Part shown: positions 13,500-24,173 of the stretch, piece after piece
Layout of the letters: the number at the start of each line of letters is the position of its first letter
How positions within the stretch are numbered: position 1 is the first letter of the stretch
Assembly (NCBI GenBank): GCA_028534125.1
Contig: CM052824.1
Location: forward strand, 60,760,001 to 60,824,000
Direction: 5' to 3'
Length of the DNA stretch: 64,000 nucleotides
Source: Lama glama
Taxonomy: Eukaryota
Notes under the pieces: generated by a model
Told to the model about the DNA's origin: nothing
The model's input: only the letters and a program-made list of their open reading frames with translations
Databases searched by the model: none
Program-made: the position numbers and the translations under genes

Positions 13500-13820
13500 G
13501 GGCGGGTCCGTGTCCCCAAATCCACAAGTGGGGACACAGACCTCCAGGGTGACGGCACTTGGAGGCGGGGCCTTTGGGAGGCGGCTGCGGTGAGATGAGA
13601 TCATGAGATCAGCACCCCGATAACAAGCGAAGAGACCCTGAGGAGCCCCCTCGGCCCCTGGGGGACACCGCCGGGAGGCGGCCTCTGCGACCCGCGGCGC
13701 AGGGCCTCATCAGGCGCTGGCCCCGGCCCCGGGCGCCCGGCCTCCCAAGCTGCGAGGACTCCTGCTGTCTGAGCCGCCCCACCTGTGGCACTTGTTACTG
13801 CAGCTGAGCTGACCGAGACA
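13500..13820 (+). mobile_element. MaLR LTR (MLT1A-like)
   Basis: tgtccccaaatcca...ggaggcggggcctttgggagg...gatcatgag...gcacttgttactgcagctgagctgaccgagaca. Confidence 0.7.
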
Positions 13821-15589
13821 GGCCCCAGTCCCCTGGACCTGGCCTCCCGGCCCTCAGCCTCCCGGTGACTCTCCCACAGGTGGAAACTGGGTCTCCCGTA
13901 AGGAACTGGCTGTGTCAGGCCTCCTCCCACCTGCCCCCGCCCCCCAGACACCCGCACACCCGTGACTCCCAGGGCCCACCCGCAGTTTTCACCAAGAAAC
14001 CACGTCTCAGGAAGGCCGGGTCCACGCTGCTCAACTCTCCCCCTGCTGGGGCCGAGCCGGAAGGAAAGGAGACCCTGGCCTCACCCGGCCGGTCCGCAGC
14101 CCGAAGGTCCCTCAACAGGATGGTCAAACGCGGAGGCGGGTCAGACCACGGACCACTGACGGAGACACAGAGACACCAGCCCAGCCCCCCACCCACTGGG
14201 GGGAACCCAGCGCGGGTGCCGGCTGGGGAGTCGGTACTTTGACACCCAGCCCCGCAACGTCCAAGTAAGGGGGTGAAAACCCCGAGACGGTAACTGGGGG
14301 GGTGCCCAGGGTTGAGGGGTGGGTTCTGGCGTTTGGGTAACCGTCTGCACCCCAGCACACAAGCGCACCAGACGCGGCAGCTCCACCACAGCACAAGGTT
14401 TGAATGGCAAACGTGTGTCTACGTTCTTTGGTGGAGCGATCGCTCTTCTGGGATTCTGCAGCAACGAACAGAGCGGCCCGGGGCGTCCACAGACGGAGGC
14501 GGACGCAGCACCATTCGGGGAGGCCCCTCCCCGCCCCGTGGGGTCCGCCAGGAGCGAGGCTCGGGAGTCCCGGGACTGGCCACTGGCCGCAGGGCCTCAG
14601 ACCATTAGCTAAAAAGGGGAGGAATTCTAACTAACCCGGTGCCTCAGTGTTTCCTTAATACCAATAAGCGTGTGAGGCTGGAATAAAATTTTAAACGGTC
14701 TGCTCTCCAGGGAGCACCATAAAGGGCAATTTAAATTTCTTCCCTTACGTTTATTTTACTGCCTGTTTCAAATTTTCCATAGTCAACGTGCGTTGCTTTT
14801 CAGCCAGAAACAGTTTTGAACACAAAGTGGAAAGCCCCTTCCGTCTGGTGCGGACTCCAGGTCCACTCTCAGTCACACTGTCCCTCCCAAGACGCCGAGC
14901 GAAGACGCTGCAGACACGAAGGCTTCCCGGTGGCCGAGTGGTGCACGTGACCCGGCCCCGGGCTGGCTCGGGCTCCTGCGGCCTGACCCAGATAACAGAG
15001 GTGACGGTCCACCCGGGCAGCGCGCTGGCAGCCCACCGCCGGCCACTCCCGGGACCCGGGGACCCTTGGAAGCACTCCCGGTGGAAGGAGGGGCAGATTC
15101 ACTGAAGCTCATTGAGCAAATGCCCTGGAAGGACATGCCCGAAATCAAAGCAGGTGGCCCACACCCTGGTGGTGGTAGGGGACACTCTGGGGGGCCTGTG
15201 CGCTGGGGAAGAGGACAAGTGGGGGCTGAGTCTTCATTGGGGGGACAGGTTTTGAACAGAGACCCCAGGGGAGGGGAGGGGGAAGCAAGGCAGGTGTGGG
15301 GACGTGGGAGGGAGGTGGGGGGAGGCCGGCAGACCTCCTAGCAGGAGTGGCCTCTGCAGGGCAGGTGGGGCTGGGCAGTGAGGGGGCCGGCTTGACCTGG
15401 GGAGGGGGGTGTTGGGGGGTCACGGCTGAGTGAGGCTGGAATTACAGGCACCTTCAGTCTGCAGGGGGTGGGGCTGTCCAGTGGGGGCGGAGCCTGGGCC
15501 GGTGGATGAGGAGCCGCAAGTGCCCATCCTAAGGCCACACGGAGGGAAGCGATGGAGCCAGAGCCTGCAGCCGTGGCACCCCACGCAGA

Positions 15590-15613
15590 GCCGCCGCCGC
15601 CGCCGCCGCCGCC
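15590..15613 (+). repeat. (GCC)8 trinucleotide repeat
   Basis: Eight uninterrupted GCC units read directly. Confidence 0.95.
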
Positions 15614-16299
15614 CGGGGCAGGCAGAGAAAGCCGCCATTCAGCGCTGGCCCCGCCCCCGCAGAACAAAGGCCGCCTTCACTGCCTGTGTCCAGGCGGCCA
15701 GCACGTGCCAGTCACCAGGCCGCCGGCCCCTCACGTCCGGCCCCGCAGCCCCACCTCGAGGCCAGACCTCCCGCCACGGGCCAGCTCCCCCGTGGCCGCG
15801 ACGGGGCGGGGCCGTGCCTGGTTTTAAGTCAGAGGTTCCTCCTCAGCAGGTCGCTTCCAGCAACTGCGCCCTCCCAACTCCCAGGGGCAGAGAAACGGTC
15901 CCCCCGGCCATGCTGCTCCAGAAGAAAAGCCCCCCAGCTTACTCATGCACCCTCCCCACAATAAATCTTCCTCACAACAGGACACACGCTGCTCAGCTCT
16001 CCCCTGGTAATGGCGCCAACATTTTCTGGGTGATGAGCTAAGACCAAAATAACTGCTGCAAAGATAGGGGATCATTGAAATCCCTCTGAGCAAAGGTCTA
16101 CTCGGTGACACCTGAGCCACAAGAACCACGTGGCGTCTCAGGGCCCCGCCCACGGGCGCCGGCGTCACGGCTCTCTGTGCGGCAGGGCCCTTTCCCGGCT
16201 GTGAGCGCCTCGGCCCACGACAAAGCCTTCACCCTGTGAGCCGCGGTGCTCCAAACCCCGCGTTTATCTCCCATCTTTCACAGAACTCTTCCTTGTTTA

Positions 16300-17215
16300 A
16301 AAGTGGGTAAGAAGGCGAAAGAGTCCCTGAGGTCTGTTGCATAACGTGGGGTGTGGTTAACACTTCTGAACTGTGCACTAAAAATAGTTAAGAAGCACCT
16401 GTCAGAATCCCCAAAATCCAGCACTGACACCGCCAGACGCTGGCGAGGACGCGAAGCAACAGGAACTTCCGCCCGGTCATCGCTGGTGGGAATGCAGACG
16501 GTACAGGCCCTGGGGAGACAATCTGGTGATTTCTCACAAAATTAAACACAGTTTTACCACACAGTCCAGCCATCGTGCTCCCTGGTATTTATCCAAAGGC
16601 GCTGAAAACTGTCGTCCACACAAGAGCCTGCACGTGGGTGTTTAGAGCAGCTTTACTCATAATTGACAAAACTCGGGAGCAACCGAGACGCCCTTCAGTA
16701 AGTGACGTATGAACAAGCTGTCGTCCATCCAGGCAGTGGAATATTACTCAGCACCAAAGAGAAATGAGCTACCAAATTACGAAAGGGCAGGGAGGACCCT
16801 TAAACGCACGCCCGACCACTCAAAGAAGCCAGTCTGAAAAGGCTGCGGACTGAATGGCTCCAGCGATGCGGCGTTCTGGAAAAGGCAGAATTACAGAGAC
16901 AGGAACAGAGCGGCGGCTGCCAGGGTTAGTGCTAGGGAGGGGTGAGCAGGAGGCGCACAGGGGGCTGGGGGGCGGCGAGCCTCGCTGTGTGATGCTGTGA
17001 CGGGGGACACACACAACGCACAACACCCAGAGTGGCCTCCAGGGGACACGACAGGCTCTGGGTGATGATGCAGGGTCGCCCGCTGTAACAGACACACCCT
17101 CCGCTGGGAAGGGGGACAACGGGGAGCCTGGGGCGGGGCGTACGTGGGAAATCTCTATATCTCCCTCTCGATTTTGCTGTGAGTCTAAAAATGCTCTAAA
17201 AAATACAGCCTTAAT
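16300..17215 (+). mobile_element. LINE-1 3' fragments (short L1MB tail followed by an L1MC-like 3' end)
   Basis: gaactgtgcactaaaaatagtta; gctggtgggaatgcagacggtac; gtttagagcagctttactcataattg; tgggaaatctctatatct...gattttgctgtgagtctaaaaatgctctaaaaaa. Confidence 0.8.
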
Positions 17216-17967
17216 GGAAAGAATCATACAGAAGGGTTAGATGTTAACTTTTCTGCTGTGTTGCTTGGCCACAGCCAACTGAGGAAGGTGTGCTGGGAAC
17301 GCAGTGGACGTGGGAGCCTCGCTGGCCTCAGACGCTCTGTAGGACGAGGACCAGAACCTCATCACGGCTTCAAAGCCTCACGCTGAGGGCACACGCCTTC
17401 AGCAGGGCCGGGGCAGCTGCCACTTTGTGTGCCAGGCTGTATTTGTGATTTTACAAAAATCCTGGGTCGAGCCATACGCTGCAAGCATCTCCAAAAAACC
17501 AAGACGTGAGAGACAGTAACACGAGGTTTCACAACGTGCGTCCGTAACGAGGACCCTGCCAGCAGAAGGGCCACCGCACGACTATCGTCTCAGAGGACAC
17601 CTAGGAGGAGTCACCGCACAAGAAAGGCTGAGGTGCCCCGACGCCTCACAAATCCCAAGTGAGAGAAGCCCACGGGGACCCCCCCGGACTTGAAAACAAC
17701 CCTAAACACTGACGTTACCAATAATAACGGGAGCCCTGGAAAAGTCAGGATGTTCTGAATGTGCAGGAAGTAAAGATTTGCCAACCACACCGCAGGGAAG
17801 ACTGAGGTAACTACCGGGGAGGTTTCTCGGCAGCGCCTGCCGCTTGAGGGAAAGGCGATCAAAGTGCCCGCAGCCAGAAAACACGGGCAGGACCAGAGTC
17901 CGCGGGCAGGCTCACGGATGAGTCTCGTGACGTGGCGCTTCCGGATTTTGTGATACTGTCAGTACTT

Positions 17968-18130
17968 CATTTTTTTTTAATTTTTAAAACTTTTTGGGGG
18001 CAGTTTCTTCTTTGTTTTGTGGGGAGGTAATTAGGCTTATTTATTTATTCTTAAAGGAGGCGCTGGGGACTGAACCCGGGACCTCGTGCACACTGGGCAC
18101 GCGCTCTGCCACGCAGCTGCACCCACCCCG
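17968..18130 (-). mobile_element. tRNA-derived SINE (vic-1-like, camelid)
   Basis: The reverse complement gives GGGGTGGGTGCAGCTGCGTGGCAGAGCGCGTGCCCAGTGTGCACGAGGTCCCGGGTTCAGTCCCCAGC (A/B boxes), then AATAAATAAATAAGCCTAATTACCTCCCC and an A-rich tail. Confidence 0.8.
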
Positions 18131-18399
18131 CCGTGGGTGCTTTCACACTTACCACTTACGGTTATTTCCAGCCTCGCTGTGAGTCTCTCACACTCACAGG
18201 GCAGGTGAGCGTGAGAAAGCACAACGGGAAGGACACACCGACTGGGCGACTCCTCACGCAACAAGAGAGTCAGTAACACACACGCCTGTTTTCACAAAAA
18301 GCAGCACATGAAGGATCGGCCAAAACATGCCTGAAACTGGGTGCACGTGCTGAGAGTACGCGGACAGGAATCTGCACACAGCGCCCATTGTTCAATCAT

Positions 18400-19230
18400 G
18401 TCAGTAAGTCACACAACCAACGCAGAAGCAAATAAGGACGGGAAGTTCCCTGGAACAGCAGGAAGTGAGCCCGACGGGCTCCCACGCTGACGCGCAGCCA
18501 GGGCCGCCCTCCAACTGAACCCGCGCTGGGAGCGGCGACCAGCCAAGGACCAAGACCACAGGGAAGCTGGCCCGCACGTGGGCGCGGACCCCCGTCCTGA
18601 TGCAGCCGTTCTGAGCCCGTCTGCGTCCGCGTGGGGGCCCCAGACACCCCACGTGGGGGGAGGGGGCCCGGACGCAAGCGGGGGGGGGGCGGGGCAGCTC
18701 CGAGTCCTGCCGGGAGCTCGGACCCCACTCCCGGGAGTGACAGGCACTCGCAGCCCGAAAGCCCTTCTCCACCGAGAGGAAGCCGGGCCTTGGAGGAACG
18801 GCCGCTCCAGGCAGGAACCAGCAGCCCAAGCGTCCGAGAGGCGATGGGGCCAGGAAGTGGGGAGAAGCCCGGCGCTGGTGGGAGCCGCTTCGGCAGGCTC
18901 TGCGGCCAAATGCAGAGAACCTGAGCTTCAAAATAAATACTGACAGAAAAGGGTACAGCTCGGAGGCGGAGCACCTGCTTAGCATGAGTGAGGTCCTGGG
19001 TTCACCCCAGGAGCTTCCCTAAGAATAAATAAATAAACCTAATTACCTCCCCCCACCAAAAAAACTGACAGAAATGGATTTTAATAAACTCAAGGTTTAG
19101 AAACCCCCAGTCCGCACTGGTATGACTTTTGTTAAGGCTGGAGGGAGGGGCAGCTCTTTACAGCGTAAAATGCCAACTGACGTCGGTAAAGGGAGAGACA
19201 GAACGAGAAACGGCCATAGCTCCACAACAG
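18400..19230 (+). mobile_element. Old LINE-1 3' region (L1MC4-like), interrupted by the SINE
   Basis: ttctccaccgagaggaagccgggccttggaggaacggcc; ggccaaatgcagagaacctgagcttcaaaataaat; ctctttacagcgtaaaatgccaactga resemble L1MC4-type 3' UTR segments. Confidence 0.55.
18950..19063 (+). mobile_element. vic-1-like SINE with 11-bp target-site duplication
   Basis: gggtacagctcgg...gcttagcatgagtgaggtcctgggttca...aataaataaataaacctaattacctcccccc. TSD actgacagaaa at 18939-18949 and 19064-19074. Confidence 0.88.
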
Positions 19231-21294
19231 CACAGCACCCACAACCTCGGAAACCACGTGTGTGACAGGGACACGCCCCGCATTCCGTGGGTCTGGGAGG
19301 CGCCCGGGGTTGAGGCAAAACCACTGGATAGCACTGGCTCGGAGAGGCACCCTCAGATAAGAAAGGACTTTTTTTTTAATGCAATAAACAAGGGCCTGGT
19401 TTGGCAAGAGCTGGGCTGTGCGTGTGGCTGTCGCTGGCCAGCCTGGGGTCCCAGGTGAGACCCAGCACAGTCCCCCTCGGAGCCCCGGCTCCCGCGTTGG
19501 CCAGCGTGCAGCATGACTGACAGACACTGGGAAGCTGGGAGCCTGCAGCCTGGGTCTTGTCTTCCCAGCAAAAAGTACATAAGATGTTGAAGAAGCTACT
19601 GATAAATTTTTGTTGGAACAAAACACCATCCAAGAAAGTACAATTCATGACATAAAAGCTAAGGGTTGCAGCAGACCCCGGGTGCCTCTCCTGACACCAT
19701 CCAGCCTTCACCCTCCCATGACTCTGAGCGCACCACTCCCTGTAAGTCTGTTCCTGCCGTCCTGCCACACTGTTCCCCACAGTGCCACAGTGCCCACCCT
19801 GAGCTGGTCCAGACACACCAAGGAGCCCCTGAACACTCGGCTCCCTCCCCATACTCCTTGCTCAGCAACAGAGGACCCCCGCCCACCTGTGGAATCACAG
19901 GGAGGGGGGAGACGGCCAGCAGGAGGCTCACGGGTGCAGACAGCCCACCCGTGAAACCTGTCCTGCCTGTGGGGTCTGCCCCGACATCCCACCTCCACTT
20001 GCGGACGGAGTCCCTGAGGCCCTCGCGGGGAACCGCACGTGCAGCTAGCTCCCGACAGCACCGGGGAGCGTCCGACCTCTCACCGCTCTCCGCACCTGTG
20101 GAGGCTGCACGGAACGCGGGGCACTGACCACTTCCCAGGGGCCGCGAGCCCAGGGCAGCCAGGTGGGAGCACTCACACCCGGGAGAGCAGCAACGGTGCC
20201 CACCAGAGCCTCCTGCCCCTCGAGGGTGCGTGCCGAGGCCACTTCCAACCCAGACACCGAGTTAATGAAGCAAACTCACAAGCCGCGCGGTCGGCCGCGG
20301 TGACAGCCTCTGAAAGGACTCGCCCCCCTCACTGGCCACAGTGGACGAAGCGCTGGCAGACCTGCTCCCGGGAAGACGCGGCGGGCCGGCTCCATCCCCT
20401 GGCCACACAGGGCCCCTCCCTGGACACGGCGCCAGAGCAGGGGCGCCAAGGGCAGGTGCGTGGGAGCCGGGGGCTGCCAGCCTGCCTCTTGGTGGGACCA
20501 GAACCACCGCCAGATGCTCTGGGTCAGGCTGGCCAGGGCAGCTCCGCGGCCTCTGAGCCAGAGATGGACAGGACCAGGAGGGCCGGGCCGAGCCTGTGTT
20601 AACACGGCCACTTCAGGGATGACAGCCGGAGGGGAGGCACCCGCAGAGACCTGGCGCCCGAAGGCGGGTGCTGCACTGCTATAAAGGTGACGGAGGCTCT
20701 GGAATTCCGCGCCCCCGCCTCCGCCGTCCTCTCTCCTCTATGCAAAACCACCCATGTCCCCAGAGCTGCCAGGAGACGGGACGGAGGGAGGGCCTGTGTC
20801 CAGGCTGGGCTTGTGGGGGTCCATGCCCCGCCTCAAGCTCCCCCTCCTGCCTGGCTGGGTGGAGCACCTGTTGGGGGCAGAGACCCCAGCCTCACCCCCA
20901 ACAGGGGCTCCCACTCGACTGCCCAGCACCGCCGCTGATAGCCGGGCTCCGGCCCCCACGCCCCCAGGCCCCCCGGAAGAGCCCCCAGCGGGCAGAGCCG
21001 GAGCCACAGGGGCAGCAACAGCTGTAGTGGACGCTGACCCTGGTGCAGGCGGGCCCAGCCCGACACGGAGAGAAAGAGACAGAGGACAGCCGCCCTCAGA
21101 CAGGAAGTTCCCCGCGTGGTGGGCTGTGTGACGTCCTTCCCAAGAGGACAGGATGGAGGGAGGGGAGGGGCACTCTGCGGGAGGACGCCAGGGGAGCAAG
21201 GCTGCACCCCGTGAGAGCAGGTGACAGCAGGCGACAGCAGGAGACGACAGCAGGAGCCCGGCCCGGCGTGATGGGAGGGGCTGCAGCTCCGGGC

Positions 21295-21645
21295 TTCCTC
21301 CCCAAACCCCTGCCCCGGTCCAGCCCCAGGAAGAACCTCAGACAAACCACGTCAGAGCACGTTCCACAGACAAGTGGCCGGCACTCCTGCAAAACGCCCA
21401 GGTCACAAAACAAGGGACGTCTCAGCCAGAGGAGCCCGAGGACACGTGCCGACGGAACGTCCCTTAGGGTCCTGGGTGGGAAGAGGACGTGACGGGAAAG
21501 AATGGAAATCCGAGGGAGGGGGACTGAGCTCACGGAACTGTGCCGGCGCGGGACCGTTAACGTAACGGACGTCCGGGAACTGCTGGGTCCCGTGCCGCCT
21601 TCTCTGTTTCCTGTGAAGCAGAACTGTTCTGAACACAGAGGCTGC
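21295..21645 (+). mobile_element. L1MC4-like 3' terminus
   Basis: ctccccaaacc...aagaacctcagacaaacc...cagccagaggagcccgaggacac...ctgtttcctgtgaagcagaactgttctgaa. Confidence 0.6.
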
Positions 21646-22145
21646 TGAATCACACAGAGGCCAGGGCTGGGGAGCGCCTGCAGGTGCCCCAGCTCCGCCC
21701 GCCTCGGCCTCCACTCTGCCTGGGGCTCACCCACCCCTCGGCCTCCACCCCAGGTCACACGGGCCCGGCCGTCTACACTCACCCGCGTCACCTGGGAAGG
21801 CCTTGCCCAGCACCAGCTCTCCTGAGTCACTGGAGGGGGTGTCCAGGCAAACACAATCATTTACCTCCATCCCCTCCAAGACCACAGTCAAAGGAAGAGA
21901 AACACTGATTAACCCACAACAGCACCGAGAAGCAGGACCCTGGGAAGCGGGCGGCCACGGTCAGCAGGAGACGGGCCGGGCCGAGTCCCGCCAGGCCACA
22001 AGCTGGAGGGTCTGGGCGCAGGAGGCGGGCGCCCACCGTCTCTAAGGAGACCCCGGCCTCACCTGAGGCGGCGTGTGGGACAGGGGCTCGGCCAGAGGCA
22101 CAGGGCGCCCGGGACACTGCAGCGGGCCGTCCACGTGGGCACATG

Positions 22146-23290
22146 ACCAAGGGTCACAAGGGTGCTGAGGAAACCTCCCAGCAAAACAAACCAAGAAAAA
22201 GACTCCGGGTGGAGCCAAAGGACGGCCCAAGCGAAGCCTGAGAACAAGGACGCGGGTGCCGCTCCTGCTGGGCACGGCCAGCGGGCAGCGCCTCCCTCCC
22301 CTGCCCGCGGCCACCACCCCGCCCGCCAGGGTCTGAGCGGGCCGGTACTGCTGCGTGAGGGGGAACGGCCTGCTCCCCCATCCCTCGGGCGCCGCTCTCT
22401 GCACGGAAGGGAGGTGACGATAGCGGGTGCCCACCGCGGTGCAACGGGCGGCCGACATACGCGTGGACCTAAAGCCAAGCGCTCGGTGGCTCCCGCAACG
22501 CCTCTGTGCGACAGACAGGGCCTCGCACCACAGTTAATAACCTCGAAGAAGCAGCGTGAGCTCCCACCGCTGGCGCAAGAGCGGGACACTCTCTGAGCCG
22601 GGACGGACCTTCAGGGTCACAAAGGAGCTCCTGGAAGCAGGAAAGTAAGGACAAGACAGCAACCCAGGAGGCGGCTCGGACACGAAAAGCAAGAGAAGGC
22701 GAGACAGAAGCAGTGCGGGCCGGACAACCAGAGGGCCGGCCCACGAGGGGTCGGCGGGGGCCGCGGGGAAGGGCACGAGAAGCGAGGCGACGGGCAAAGG
22801 CGCGGCCGGGCGGGAGCCGCCGCTCCGCAGCCCCGCTTCCCGCCGAGAGCTCCCAGCACGAGGGCCGGGGAGGTCCCCGTCCGGGCACGTCACCGAGGAG
22901 TCTGAGACCCTGAGACCTCCAGGGGAGCAAAAACACACAACAGTGAGGGGCCTCTGAGCAGCGACCAGGCGGGAAGCGAGTGGGCGACAGCCAGTCCCCA
23001 GGCACTGCGCGCTGTCCTAACGCGGGCTCCATACCCAGCCAGACCAGCCCGCGTGTCCCACTAGGTCTCAAAAGATGTGCCCCCCGCCCCTGTCTCACAC
23101 CATCTCTGGAGGGGTCTCAACTGGACATTAAGCCAAGGGGACAGAGGGGCTGGGGATGGAGGAAGCTGGCCGAGCAGCGCGGAGGGGGAGCTCGCGGATG
23201 ACGGATGCGAGGTTCCCGGACCCACTGTGCGGGGCCTGAGGGCACCGGGAGGGCCGTGCCACCAGCATCCAGGGAGGGCGGCCCCTGCTC
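22146..23290 (+). mobile_element. HAL1 (half-L1)-like element, heavily GC/CpG-shifted
   Basis: Collinear landmarks gttaataacctcgaagaag, aaaggagctcctggaa, gagctcccagcacg...gggcacgtcaccg, ctccatacccagccaga and aggtctcaaaagatgtgccccc match the HAL1 ORF region as recalled. Confidence 0.55.
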
Positions 23291-23987
23291 CGGGAAGACT
23301 GTGGGCAAATTTGAGACAGGGCTTTAGAAAACTCTAAGGAGGAAAATCAAGACGCATACTAACCACAAGGGAAACCCGAAGTCGCACAGGACAGGAAACG
23401 GACCGAGCAGCTCGCGAATACTTATGAAACCCATGAAACACAAACACTCGGTGATTACACAGCCCCCCTGGGCGCAGAGGGAGGCGAGCCGAGCAGACGC
23501 GCCCCGAGACGGAGCGGGACGAGCAACGCCCCCTGGGTAAGCGCGGCTCGGGAATCTGGAAATAAGTGCCCAGAGGAGCCACGTTCCGCGCAGTTGAAAG
23601 CAAGCCGGTCAAAGGGTGGGAGGGAGGCTGGAGACACCTGTTCCCTCTCCTTAAACCACGTGGACTGTTTCACATCTTAAAATAGAAACACACAGAACCC
23701 CAGATTCTGGACGTGAAAATGGGGAACAGGACCAAAGTCCACACACCAGCATTTCCGGACCAGGATGAGCCTCACTCCGTCTTCCCAACAAACCCATTTC
23801 ACAAGGATGGAAACAGAGGCACAGGCGGGGGGCATGGGGCCACGTGGACCGGACAGCCCGGGCCCCGGCCACAGCTCGCTCTCTGGGGCCCTTCCCACAG
23901 CCAACGTGGAGACGCTCCATCTTGCTGTAAAGTAAGTCTTTTTTAACTTGCCACGTTTAAAAGAGGCATTTGAGAAAGCAGACTTCA

Positions 23988-24173
23988 GGGGGAGGATGAA
24001 GCTCAACGGTGGAGCGCGTGCCTAGCAAGCAGGAGGTCCTGGGTTCAGTCCCCAGCACCGCCATTAAATAAGTAAGTAAACAAACAAACCTAATTACCCC
24101 CCAAAATAAATAAACAAAAAGATAAAATTTTTTAAAAAGTCAACTCAAAGACAAACTGTGCTTAGAAAAAAAA
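23988..24173 (+). mobile_element. vic-1-like SINE with extended 3' tail
   Basis: gggggaggatgaagctcaacggtggagcgcgtgcctagcaagcaggaggtcctgggttcagtccccagcacc...aaacctaattaccccc. Imperfect TSD aa(a/g)gcagactt(c/t)a at 23975-23987 and 24174-24186. Confidence 0.85.

Noticed and set aside
18950-19025. tRNA-like sequences (also 23988-24065 and 18060-18130)
   Set aside because: These are SINE heads with A-rich tails and TSDs and lack an intact cloverleaf; they are not tRNA genes.
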